Positions 35,516-46,337 of a DNA stretch of 64,000 nt are shown piece after piece (position 1 is the stretch's first letter; the number at the start of each line of letters is the position of its first letter). The notes below the pieces were generated by a model that saw only the letters and a list, made by a program, of their open reading frames with translations, searched no databases and was not told the DNA's origin. The stretch is from Fimicolochytrium jonesii (Eukaryota): contig NW_026515682.1 of NCBI RefSeq assembly GCF_025526975.1, positions 434,001 to 498,000 of the forward strand. Reading direction: 5' to 3'. The position numbers and the translations under genes are program-made.

Positions 35516-36965
35516 ATGGCCGAAAGAGGTACGCTCAACCGGCGAGGACTGGCCTGGGAAAAAGTGGAATCAAGTGACGCGTGCATAGAGATAAAGCCGC
35601 ATCTTCCCACGGATATTTGCTCCGAAATCTTGCAACAGCTGCACCCATGTACTCGGACTTACTTCTATTTCCTCTTCTCCAATGTGTTCCGCTATATTAG
35701 CACGAGAGGACCAGGTCTACATGGCCAAGCTTGCTGAGCAAGCTGAGCGATATGATGGTGAGTTTGATCGTCTTTCTGGATTGCCGGATTCAAGCGGAAA
35801 GGATGTCCAACCGCATGCCTGGGCCGCGAGGATACTTTATTACTATTTCGTTACTCAGCTGGGCCGGGGTATGGGAGGAGCTTCACTTCCGTTTCCTCGC
35901 CACTAACGGTCGCATCTCTATTTTGCAGAGATGGTTTCGTTTATGAAGGCAAGCACGTTTGATATCTGTTCCCACAAGCTTGCAGCATCCCCGGTAGCTT
36001 TGAGATTATAGCACTTATCCTAACCTTTCTTTGCTTCAATTGTCTCTCCGAAACACTCCAGGAAATCGCCAAGGTATTTGTGGTGCTACGAGAATTTTTT
36101 TGGCGGTTGCACAAGTGCTAAACAATTGCCCACCTTCTTCGATCACAGCTTCGCGTTGAGTTGACGGTCGAAGAGCGAAACTTGCTTTCAGTTGCGTACA
36201 AGAACGTCATCGGAGCTCGCCGTGCGTCATGGAGAATTGTTTCCTCCATTGAGCAAAAGGAGGAGAGTAAAGGCAACGAGGGTCAGGTCAAGAAGATCAA
36301 GGACTACCGCATCAAGATTGAGGGAGAGCTCAGCGACGTGTGCTCCGACATCCTCGCTGTCCTTGACGAGCACTTGATACCTGCGGCTGAGGCTGGTGAA
36401 TCCAAGGTCTTTTACTACAAAATGTATGTGAGCGCTGGGGAAATGTTCGGCAAAGGACGAGGGACATATTACTAACATTCATTGATTCTACAGGAAGGGA
36501 GACTACCACCGTTACCTTGCTGAGTTTGCCCAAGGCGAGAAGAGGAAGGAGGCTGCGTCCCACGCCCACGATGCCTACAAGGCCGCGACCGACATTGCAC
36601 AAACGGAATTAGCGCCCACCCACCCCATTCGCCTCGGACTCGCACTCAACTTCTCTGTCTTCTACTACGAGATTTTGAACTCCCCTGACCGTGCTTGCCA
36701 TCTGGCCAAGCAAGCGTTCGACGATGCCATTGCCGAGTTGGACACCCTCAGCGAAGAGTCTTACAAGGACTCGACTCTGATTATGCAGCTGCTACGGGAC
36801 AACTTGACCTTGTGGACGTCGGATCTGCAAGATGGTACGTGTGCAGTTTGATGGAGAGCGTTGGGTTGATGAGACTATTGTACTAACCCTACGTCTTCAA
36901 TCATTACAGCCGAGGAAAACAAGGGAGAAGAGGTGAAGGCAGAAGAGCCAGAGGAAGCGAAATAA
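35516..36965 (+). CDS. 14-3-3 protein, 7 exons
   Basis: [83 protein letters not shown]. Confidence 0.98.
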
Positions 36966-39515
36966 GGTATAATTATCTTTTGTCGATTTTCAGGCGCTGG
37001 CCCTAAAATGAACCAAAGGCTCACTCCCGCAATCATTCTTCCAGTGTCCAGTCGTCCACTAGTGATTAGGCCCTCGTTCAACCTCTCCTCTCCGCCGCAA
37101 TCTCTGGCTAACGACATGTAGCACTTGCATGTCAGAGGATTCCGTCGCTAAAATTCGATTTACTCTCTATGGTCTATCAGATATCTCTCCCCCTTTTCCC
37201 GTGTCTTACGTTGTTTCTTCGCCATATGTCCCGTACTCTTTCTTTTTCCGTAATCTTACCGTGACCACACAAACGCAAAAACGTGCGCATGAATGGGATT
37301 GGGATGTGCGGAGTTGTTCTCTTCTCGCGCAGAGGAAGGACGAGTGAATGAAAGGGGGTGATCCCACCCCGATGTACCGTTCCCCGATCTTTTATTCTCC
37401 ATCCGGCCGAGCCGTGCGGTTATTTCAAATTCAGCGAGCACATCGACCTCTCGCGATTAATGGGGCAGTGCGTCGGCTCACCCATCCTCTTTCACGCCCG
37501 GATCTTTTCTCACAGAGTCTCCAAACCCGACAATACTTTCGCTTCGAGTGTACGCACGATGCATCAAACAGATCCAGGTTTCCTGCATCCTGACGCATCC
37601 GATGGACACAAACCAACAGTATTACATATATATATACGACACCCAAATGGATAGATGGGACTTGCTAAGTTATATACCTTACCGTAATGGCAGCGTGCGA
37701 GAAACCAACGCTACAGGTGAAACACCCGTGCACTTTTGCATTTTGGGCCTTTTTTCCAGGGGGTGCCATCTCTACCAGCGAAGAGATCATTCAGATCATC
37801 TAGAGGCATACCGTCTACGTAGTAATCAAAGGAGATGGGAAGGAAATAGGATGATATTCCCCACCCTGCCGAGGGAAGTTGAACGTCGGGGTTGTACCAC
37901 AGGACAGCATACGTACAGATATATGTATGTATGTAGAGTATAGCGTCCAAGTCCCTGGGCATGTTCATGGCGCTGTGTCCCCGAGCGAGACATGCAAATG
38001 CGAGATGTGAGAAAAACGCGTGTGCTGAAAACCGACGCGTTTGTGGTTGCCACGGCGACGGAGGTGGGGCACAAAACACCCGTGACATCATCATTCCGCA
38101 CCGGGCTGTTTGCGGACAGCGAGGGATGCCCTTGTCTGTGAGGCTTTTTCGGTGGAGTGCATCATTCATCAGGGGTGGGGGCCGCCGCGACCTTTTTTTG
38201 TATGTTCGGTTTTGGGCTTTTGGCTTGGCGGATGTTCGCGTGGAATGCTCCGAGAATAACGGAAGGGATGGGGGGCTTTTTTGGGCTTGCCAAGGCGAGT
38301 GCGGGGGGGTTCCTGTGGGTGATTTGATGCAGGCTGGCGTTCGTAAGTGCGGCGCGTCTCCGAGGCATACATAGAGTAGAGATGTGAAATCGGTCGTGAA
38401 AAAATAGACATCTCTGCGGGTGTGGGGCCGCCCGCCAAGCAAATTCATAAACCGTCAGTCACATTTGGCCGCGGAATCGGTGATGACTTTTTTTTCTAGA
38501 AGGGTCCAAAGACAGAAAGATGCGAACCCTGTCCTCATCAAACGCTCAAAGGTTGTGTGGAGCGGACCCCCATCGACAGTCAGTCGCCTTGAAAGGGCGG
38601 CTGCTGTCAGTTTCAGTCAGCCATGGGTTGAAGCCACCCCATTCTGAAAAAATCGATGAAGGACGCGCTCTTTTTCCGTTCAGAGGGCGTTGGTCGTTAT
38701 TTGCTCATGCATTTGGGGACGGACGGCCACAACACGATGTGGACATGGAAAGTTTTTCCTGTCGTCCATCGACAACTGTCGACCTTTCGCTTGCGATGAG
38801 AATGAAGCGGTCCGCTATGTGCAGTGTCTTCAGATCACGTATGGGAGTAGCCGCTATATCTCCCGGGACATGGGAACGCCAAGCGGCTTCGATTTGGTTT
38901 GGACTTTCCAAAAATAGCGACAGCGGGATATCCACACCCGTCAGAACAATACCAGGAGCCAAGACGCTCCTTCAAACGCTTACCAATCGTGGCAACAGGT
39001 GCAGCTTGGCGGTTTCTCTTCCCCCGGTCGGTGCCCTATGCTGCATTCCCCACGAGGTGTCTTGCATGTGCTGTTCATAGTAACCATGGCCGGAGGGTGC
39101 AATTCGATCGGTGGTCCATGTGGTGCAGGACAAAAATTGACACTGCCCATGGAGGACAAGAATCTGGAAGCCGCTCGGGCAAATCCCAAGTTCCAGAAGA
39201 CATTTGCGCAGGCGATGAAATCAGATGGGGGCCAACCCCAGTTGCCAGTTGTAGTGATCTGATGTTACCGACAGCGGGCATGGCGAACGGGAGAGACGAG
39301 AATGCGGGATTGCTGGAGCCTGCGGGATCGGATGGGAGCGATGGAATGATGCCATATTTTTCTTCTCCCTGGGGGGGGGGGGGGGGGGGAAACCATGTCC
39401 TGAATAAGGCGCTGTCGAATTGGAGCGAGGGGAGCGAATAGTAATTGCGCGCACGACAAGAAGACCGTGTTTTTTCTTAGCACCGCCCCCCCCCCCCCCC
39501 CCAACCCCCAAACCC

Positions 39516-39523
39516 TTTATAAA
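39516..39523 (+). promoter_or_regulatory. Candidate TATA box of the ODC gene
   Basis: TTTATAAA followed by a C/A-rich, ATG-free leader. Confidence 0.5.
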
Positions 39524-39906
39524 AGCACCCCCTGCTCAACGCAACCCCCCCCCAACCCCCTCGCCCACAACAAACGCTCTCAGAACCCACATACCCCAAC
39601 GCAATATCGTCGTCGCTCTCAGCTTCGTCAAAACACTCCCGTCGTTAACCCTTGCATACCCCCCAACTGCGCCACACCTCGTTTTTTTTTCGCCCCAGTC
39701 CGACATCTTAGTGTCATCGTCCATCGGAACAACCCCCATTTCCCTGATACATCCCCCGCTTCTGACAGACGCCAAACCCCGTCCGTCGCTATCTTTTGTT
39801 GACACTTCTTTTCGGCTCGGTTATTCCTTTTCCCGGTTAACTCCGAAGACTATATTACTTGCACTGAGGGTGGTTAACAACTCCCCCCAAGTGCAAACGC
39901 TCGAAA

Positions 39907-40268
39907 ACGTCGTTCCCAACACGTAGATTTCAGTTGCTTTTACTTCCGGGGTTCCTACCTGGTACGTTTCTCTAGATGTATGAACCGGGGCGATGTACAA
40001 GGGAGGACCTGACCGGCGACGAAAGAGGGAGGAGTTGGATCGATGGGACAGCGATCGCTTGGCGAAAAGGGGCTTCATTGGGCCGGAGTTACATGGGATC
40101 GATTCGAAATGGGACGGTCTTGGCAGCATCAAAGGGCGGGACACATGCATACCCCTTCTGGCCACAGCCGGGTCCACTTTACGTCATTCGCACGAATCTG
40201 ACCACCGGCCTTCCTCTTATTCCCATTCGACAGAACCCCCTTGGCCAGGTCCCGACGCCGGCCCCTGA
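39907..40268 (+). promoter_or_regulatory. Putative non-AUG regulatory uORF (uCC) of ODC ending ...LPEPPWPGPDAGP*, split by intron 39962-40233
   Basis: GTACGT donor, CTGAC branch and CAG acceptor. Splicing yields in-frame EPPW. Candidate ACG start in AAA-ACG context. No ATG was seen in the spliced leader. Confidence 0.72.
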
Positions 40269-40386
40269 AACCCTCTATTTGAGCTTTCGCCCCATCGCCC
40301 ACTCTCCCATCGGCTTCGCGCCACCCCGCACAAAGCACACCCCCCACGCCTCCCTCTCTTAAGCAGCCCACCTGCACCTCGGTCCG

Positions 40387-41996
40387 ATGAAGGAAGTCAT
40401 CGCCCCTTTTATCCGCTCAACTACCGATATCCTTGGTCAGAGTCACAATAAAGACACCCTCGCGAAGAAGCTCTCCACTTCGTCCAATGTCGCGACGAAG
40501 GGAAGCCTCGCGGCAACTACTGTCGCTGCCGAGTCCTTGAAGAAGAAGGCTACGTCACCGTACATTCACGACTTGTCTGTTAAGACTATCCTCGAAAGCC
40601 GTGTCATTGATTATGATCCTGAGGACGATACCGCGGAAGATGCTTTCTTTGTAGGTGACATGGGAGAGATCAAGCGCCAGCATGATCAGTGGAACCGCCT
40701 TCTTCCTCGCGTGGAGCCTTTCTACGGTATGTTGTGTGGTCGGAACGTTCGTTTGTCACATCCGGCCTCGTTTCTCACGTCTCATCGCATTTCCCTCTCA
40801 CAGCTGTCAAATGCAACCCCAACGAAACCATCTTGAACACTCTCGCCAACCTCGGCACCGGCTTTGACTGCGCCAGCAAGGGCGAGATCCAGATGGCCTT
40901 GGACCAAGGAGTCGATCCTTCCAAGATCATCTACGCAAACCCATGCAAGCAGGTGTCCCACATTCGTTTCGCCCTGAACGCCGGGGTCCGCATGATGACC
41001 TTTGACAATGCCGACGAGCTCCGCAAGATCAAGCTTATCCACCCCACCGCTCAGATGGTCCTCCGTATCTTGACGGACGATTCTCGATCCATCTGCAAGC
41101 TAGGCACCAAGTTCGGCGCGTCTCAGGCTGCCGTTCCCCACCTCTTGAAGACGGCTCGCGAGCTCGACATGGATGTCATTGGCATCTCGTTCCACGTCGG
41201 TAGCGGCTGCTTCGACGCTCAGGCCTTTGGTGACGCTGTCGCCTTGGCTCGCAGGGCGTTCGACGAGGGCAAGAACCACGGTTACGAGTTCAGCCTTCTC
41301 GATGTCGGTGGCGGTTTCCCCGGCAACAACGCCGAGGGAGTCAACTTCCACCAGATTGCGGCCATCCTCGGCCCGGCCATCGACCGCTACTTTGGCCCCG
41401 AGATCCGCGTCATCGCCGAGCCTGGCCGCTACTACGTCTCCTCGGCCTTCACCCTCGCGGTGAACGTCATCGCTCGTCGTGTCGCTTCCCGCGACCGTCG
41501 CCCCTCCGTCGTGGGCCCCATCGCCGTCACCACCACGCACATTGTGGCCGACACAGGCGACGTCTCGGACACGGAGAGCCAGAAGTCGGCCGTGTCGTCC
41601 ACCCCCTCCGGCCCCGCCGAGGAGATCGACGCATCCGGCGATGACCACCCCTACTTCATGTACTACGTCAACGACGGCATGTACGCCTCCTTCAACTGCC
41701 TCACCTTCGACCACGCCATCGTGACTCCCCGCGTCCTCGCTCGCGCCAACCAGTTCCTCTACAACCAGCCCACCACCGGCAGCGAGAGCGAGTTCCCCTG
41801 CAGCATCTGGGGCCCGACTTGCGACTCGATCGACTGCATCGGCAAGAAATTCTCCCTCCCCGAACTGCAAGTCGGCGACTGGCTCAACTTTGACAATATG
41901 GGCGCTTATACCATGTGTGCGGCGAGCGAGTTCAACGGGTTCAAGAAATCCAAGATTATTTTTACGAACACTGAGGAGGGCGCTGTTACTATCTAG
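40387..41996 (+). CDS. SPE1: Ornithine decarboxylase, 2 exons (intron 40727-40803)
   Basis: PFYAVKCN (PLP lysine), FDCASKGE, IYANPCK, SFHVGSG, DVGGGFPG, EPGRY, WGPTCDSID, MGAYT. Confidence 0.97.
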
Positions 41997-42538
41997 ACAC
42001 ACCTTTGGACTTCCAGTCCTTTACTCTTCTCTCTCTTCTTCTTCTTTTATCCTTATACACGCACACTTATACGACGCACGCCCTGATTCCTCCCCATCAC
42101 AACGTTCCCCTTTTGCTGTCTGAGTATGGCTTCGGCTATTTATCTCCCTCTTCTCTTTTTATTTCTTTGATTTGGGACGGGATACCATACCCTTTCTGTT
42201 TGGGACCTTTCAGAATAAGAACATTTGGTGCGTAGATACACAAATGGAGTGCTGAAGCTGCTTTTGTGCTGTGCGGGGGCGCGTGTGTCACCGCTGGGCG
42301 AGCGAGTGGAAACTGTCAACCGGGGGCGGGAGATCTCGCCGCGGCTTTTCTCGACCGTCCGCCTAACTGACAACACCGCTCCTGCACACTCGGCGCATCT
42401 GCCAAGCAACAAAACCATCGGTAGTCTAATAATACGGTACTCTCGGCACCGTTCACCCATATCTCGTTGCTCAACTTCCCAGCCAAAAAAAAAATGGGAC
42501 AACTTTCAGCGTCACCGCCAAAAAGCAACGACGCTTCA

Positions 42539-43790
42539 ATGACACGCATGACATTCACACACCTCCCCGCAGAGCTGCAGCTCAAGATCCTCTCCTGCCT
42601 CGACGCTGTCAACCTGGCTCGGGTGGCTGCAGTGTCTTGGTTGTTCAACACGCTTGCCAACTCGGATTTATTGTGGAAGGAGCTGTGGTATGTACATGGC
42701 TTACGGTTGTCAACCCTTTCGCTCCCCTTTAGCAAAGTTCTCTAATTTGTTCATACAGTCGAAAACGCTGGAGGACCCTCCGCCACCTGCCCTTCACCCT
42801 CCACCCGCGCGTCGACTACACCGGCGCGCTACTCAAATCGCTCACTATTGCGGAACTCAAACAGATACTTGCTCGGCGAGGGGTGCCGTTGCCGCGGGGG
42901 GCCGTGGAGAAGAGGGAACTTGTGGGGTTGGTCGAGGAGACGAGGCCGATGTTGAGTCCGAGAGGGAGGTGGACGGGGAAATGGTAAGAGCCGCGAGCGT
43001 GGCGAGGCCGAGGGATGGTGAAGGTTTGGTTCGGGAGAGCGAAGGGAAGCGAGCCACAATGCGCCAAAGGGCGCAATACTCCCCTGACTGCATTCCTTAG
43101 CGAGCCTCCAGCTAGCGTCAGATCTTTTGCGAGCGAAGCGAGCACTACGTTGCGCCGAGGCGCAATACTTCTCTCACCCATCCGGTGCAACCTCCTTGTC
43201 GCGAGGGTATTGTTCAAACATCCAACCATCACACATCAATCAGAGTGACCCATTGTTGCGCATGTAGGAAGAGCAGCTACATCGTTGCGGAAAAGGACCT
43301 GAAGCGGACGAGTCTGACGCTCAAAGAGGTGGTGGACTTGGAGTGGGTGTTTGAGGTGAGCACTCCTATTTCCCCCTACATCCCATTCTCTTCCAACCGA
43401 TAACTAACCATCTCCCCCACCAGTTCACAGAAGGCGGCGCCCAATGGCAACCCATGTCCGACGACGACTCCGACTCCGACGCCTCCGCGCGGCGCACAGC
43501 CCGCGTCCAGTTCCGCGCAGACGGGTTCTACGTCAACCCCGCGCTGCGACTCTCCGGCTTGCGTTGGCGGTTGACACCTGCTGGGGGTGTGCAGGTGGAG
43601 GAGTATCCGCCGCATAGGGTTGAGAGGAGTGTGGACGGGGGTTGGGTATGTTTCTTTTTGGGGTTTGGGTTGTACGGAGGTTTTATTATAAGTATCAGAG
43701 TGGAGAGATCGCTTATTGACATTCCACTTTCGATTCCTGGTTCTTAGATCATGTCCAACGGATACTTCTGTTACCGATCATTACATAATG
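42539..43790 (+). CDS. F-box protein, multi-exon; ends approximate
   Basis: FTHLPAELQLKILSCLDAVNLARVAAVSWLFNTLANSDLLWKEL; later exons are bounded by GT-AG introns. Confidence 0.7.
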
Positions 43791-44336
43791 GCGAACCAAC
43801 TTTCAATGAGTGAACCGCGTTGTCACACTGCCGCCTGTTACGGGCGACGTCAGAACGGTACCCGGAGGAAGAGCTGGAAGCCTTGAACTGCACAATCGCC
43901 TGGGTCGATCGGCCAAGTTCTCTCTGCTTTTCCTTGTCTGGGCATCGCTTGGGCTGGGCTCTGGCGCGTCTGCGTCTACCGTCTCTTCTCTTGCCCTGAA
44001 GCCTTTCCTGTTACGGCGTTACGTCTTTGCCTCTTTTCTCATCAAGTCGAACGGGATCAGCGAAGAACATGTTCCGATTATAGGTTCCAGCTGCATCAAC
44101 ACGATATATGACGTCGATGGATGTGCTGGGTGTATATAGGATGTCCACTAGAAACTAAAACATTATGCTCCACTTTTTGTGCATCAGTCGCTCCTGTTCT
44201 CATTAATCCGAGGGTTCCTTTGCAGTTGAAACCCGATGAGCAGTGTGAACATAACAATAATATGATATCGTTTAGAGAATCTATGACGAAAAAACTACGC
44301 CGTCGCCAGAAATGCATATCTAAAACATCCGTCCAA

Positions 44337-46337
44337 TTACGCCGTCTCAACCCCACCCCCAACCCCGCGCTCCCAAAACTCCCTCAACACATCATCCCCA
44401 ATCCTCCCCTTCCCCACCGCCTCCACCGCCCTCGCATACGCCTTCTCACTCGTCTCTTTCAACACCCCCTGCCCGTCCCGCTCCAACATCCACTTGACCG
44501 CGGCCCTGTTCCCAAACTCGGCGGCGAGCACGAGCGCCTGCCGTGCATCCCGGCCAACGTCCATGCGCAAGCCGGTGTGCAGGGCATCCAGCCCGGCGAA
44601 CACACGGGCGATGTGTCTGGTCGTGTTCCGCGGCGACGACAGCGATATCGATGATCGGGTCACCATGGACGGGATGTCCGACGGCCGCAGTTCGCCCAAC
44701 GGCGACAGCGAGACGGGTTGGGTCGGGTTGGTGTGCAGGACGGCCGAGACGAGCAGGGACGAGACGATCGGCGACGCGGACGGATGCGACAGGGAGATGT
44801 GGCGGGCGTCGGAAAGGTGGGACACGACGTCCGGGCGGGCGGTGAGGAGGATGAGTTCGAGGAGGTCTTTGAGGGCGTGGGCTGTTGTGTGGAGGCCGTA
44901 GGCGGGTGGGGAGGAGGATGTGAAGGGCGTGAAGAGGACGGAGGGGAGGCGCTGGAGGAGGGTTTGGGTGATTGCTAGGTTTGCGTGATCCGGGTCCATG
45001 TCCGTTGCGGCGTTGAAGTTCGATGTTACGGCGATGCGGAGTGCGGCGATGAGGATGTGGGTGCGGTCAGCGACCGGTGCGAGGGCCATCACCAACTTCT
45101 CATTGCCGGCCCGTACGGCCCCGTGTAGGAGCGCATTTAGAACATGCGTCGGCGGGACCTGCGGTGGTGGAACACCGCTTTGACAGTTCCACGCTGGAAG
45201 GTATCGCTCCACAAGGTGAGCGATCGCAGCCTGGTGGACATCCCCACCGACTGCGCCCCTGCGCAACAAGACGCTCAGGACCGCCTCGTTCCCCATCCCC
45301 GCACAGATCAGCTTGTCCGTTGCTTCGGCCCTGTTTGCCTCGTCCAGTGCGTCCACAAAGCATGTGAGAGAGTCGGCACGGCCTTTGTTCCTCCTCTCCT
45401 GCGCGAGCATTTCTGCGGAAGTGACCTCGTCCGCCATCATGCTTTCGCCAATCTCGTCCATAACGATCTCTTCGAGATCCTGACACCATGTCATCAGAGT
45501 GTCCGTGTCATCTCCCGTGGCCGAGTGGTCGCTCAGGCTCAGCACGGCGTTGTGGCGAGTGCGAAGGTACATGACCGTCGGTTTGGCGCCGCCGAGGACA
45601 GCACAGTGCAGCGCCCGAGCGAGAACACTAGCAAAATCCTCGCTTTTCGGTTGTCCCTTCGCAGCGTCTTCACTGGGTATCACCGCCGGCAACCTCGCAA
45701 GAGCATTCAAGGCCACGTCCACAGCCTCCACCTGTCCAAAATAACTCGCAAACATCGCAACCCGTTTCCAAAACTCCCGCTCCGTCAGGGCCGCACCCAC
45801 ATCCCCAACCTCCGCATCCGCATCTCTCCCCTCGCTCGCCGGCGTATACGGCGCCACAGCCAACAAACTCCTCAACATCCCCCTCACACACCCCAACGTC
45901 GCAATCACATCCCCTTCCCACATCCCCATGCCCTCCTTCACGGCGTCGCGGACCGCAAACCGATTGACGCTACCGCATTCGTCGGTTGCGCCGAACGGTA
46001 CGCTGCTGGTGCCGTCGGCTAATCGCTTCCATACCGTCTCGTTGGCGCGGAAGAGCACTTCCCAGCTCCCCGCGTGGTGTTTGGTGAACCAGCGCCGGAC
46101 CCATTTGCGTTGCGTGGAGGGGTGGTGGATGATGAGGCGGAGGAGGCGGTGGGTGTGGGAGATGGGGAGGAGGGTCGGGAGGTAGAGGGCGATTTGTTCG
46201 AGGACTTCGGTGGGGAGGGAGAGGAGAGGTAGGGGTTGAGAGGTTGATGATGAGGGTTTGGACGAGGAGGTTGAGGTGGGTTTGAGAGTGGTCGACGGGA
46301 AAGCCGGCGAGGGCTGGATGGCCATGCTGATGGGCAT
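44337..46337 (-). CDS. F-box plus degenerate ankyrin-repeat protein (666 aa)
   Basis: LLSLPTEVLEQIALYL F-box; ALHCAVLGG, LLHGAVRAGN and ALVLAAEFGN ankyrin-like motifs. Confidence 0.72.
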   Translation of the reverse strand: MPISMAIQPSPAFPSTTLKPTSTSSSKPSSSTSQPLPLLSLPTEVLEQIALYLPTLLPISHTHRLLRLIIHHPSTQRKWVRRWFTKHHAGSWEVLFRANETVWKRLADGTSSVPFGATDECGSVNRFAVRDAVKEGMGMWEGDVIATLGCVRGMLRSLLAVAPYTPASEGRDADAEVGDVGAALTEREFWKRVAMFASYFGQVEAVDVALNALARLPAVIPSEDAAKGQPKSEDFASVLARALHCAVLGGAKPTVMYLRTRHNAVLSLSDHSATGDDTDTLMTWCQDLEEIVMDEIGESMMADEVTSAEMLAQERRNKGRADSLTCFVDALDEANRAEATDKLICAGMGNEAVLSVLLRRGAVGGDVHQAAIAHLVERYLPAWNCQSGVPPPQVPPTHVLNALLHGAVRAGNEKLVMALAPVADRTHILIAALRIAVTSNFNAATDMDPDHANLAITQTLLQRLPSVLFTPFTSSSPPAYGLHTTAHALKDLLELILLTARPDVVSHLSDARHISLSHPSASPIVSSLLVSAVLHTNPTQPVSLSPLGELRPSDIPSMVTRSSISLSSPRNTTRHIARVFAGLDALHTGLRMDVGRDARQALVLAAEFGNRAAVKWMLERDGQGVLKETSEKAYARAVEAVGKGRIGDDVLREFWERGVGGGVETA

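Noticed and set aside
37100..39450. Multiple 100-245 aa ORFs between 14-3-3 and ODC
   Set aside because: Overlapping on both strands with no motifs or coding-like composition; treated as intergenic.
39371..39502. Long G/C homopolymers (also at about 53338, 61785, 63023 and 63686)
   Set aside because: Common simple repeats in this genome whose lengths are unreliable in assemblies; no specific function is supportable.
39993..40268. 91-aa AUG-initiated ORF upstream of ODC
   Set aside because: Its ATG lies inside a well-formed intron (39962-40233). Only the terminal EPPW exon is considered meaningful.
41100..42002. 300-aa minus-strand ORF (similarly 33208-33888 and 45144-46022)
   Set aside because: Antisense shadows of GC3-rich coding genes (ODC, MDH, F-box/ankyrin).
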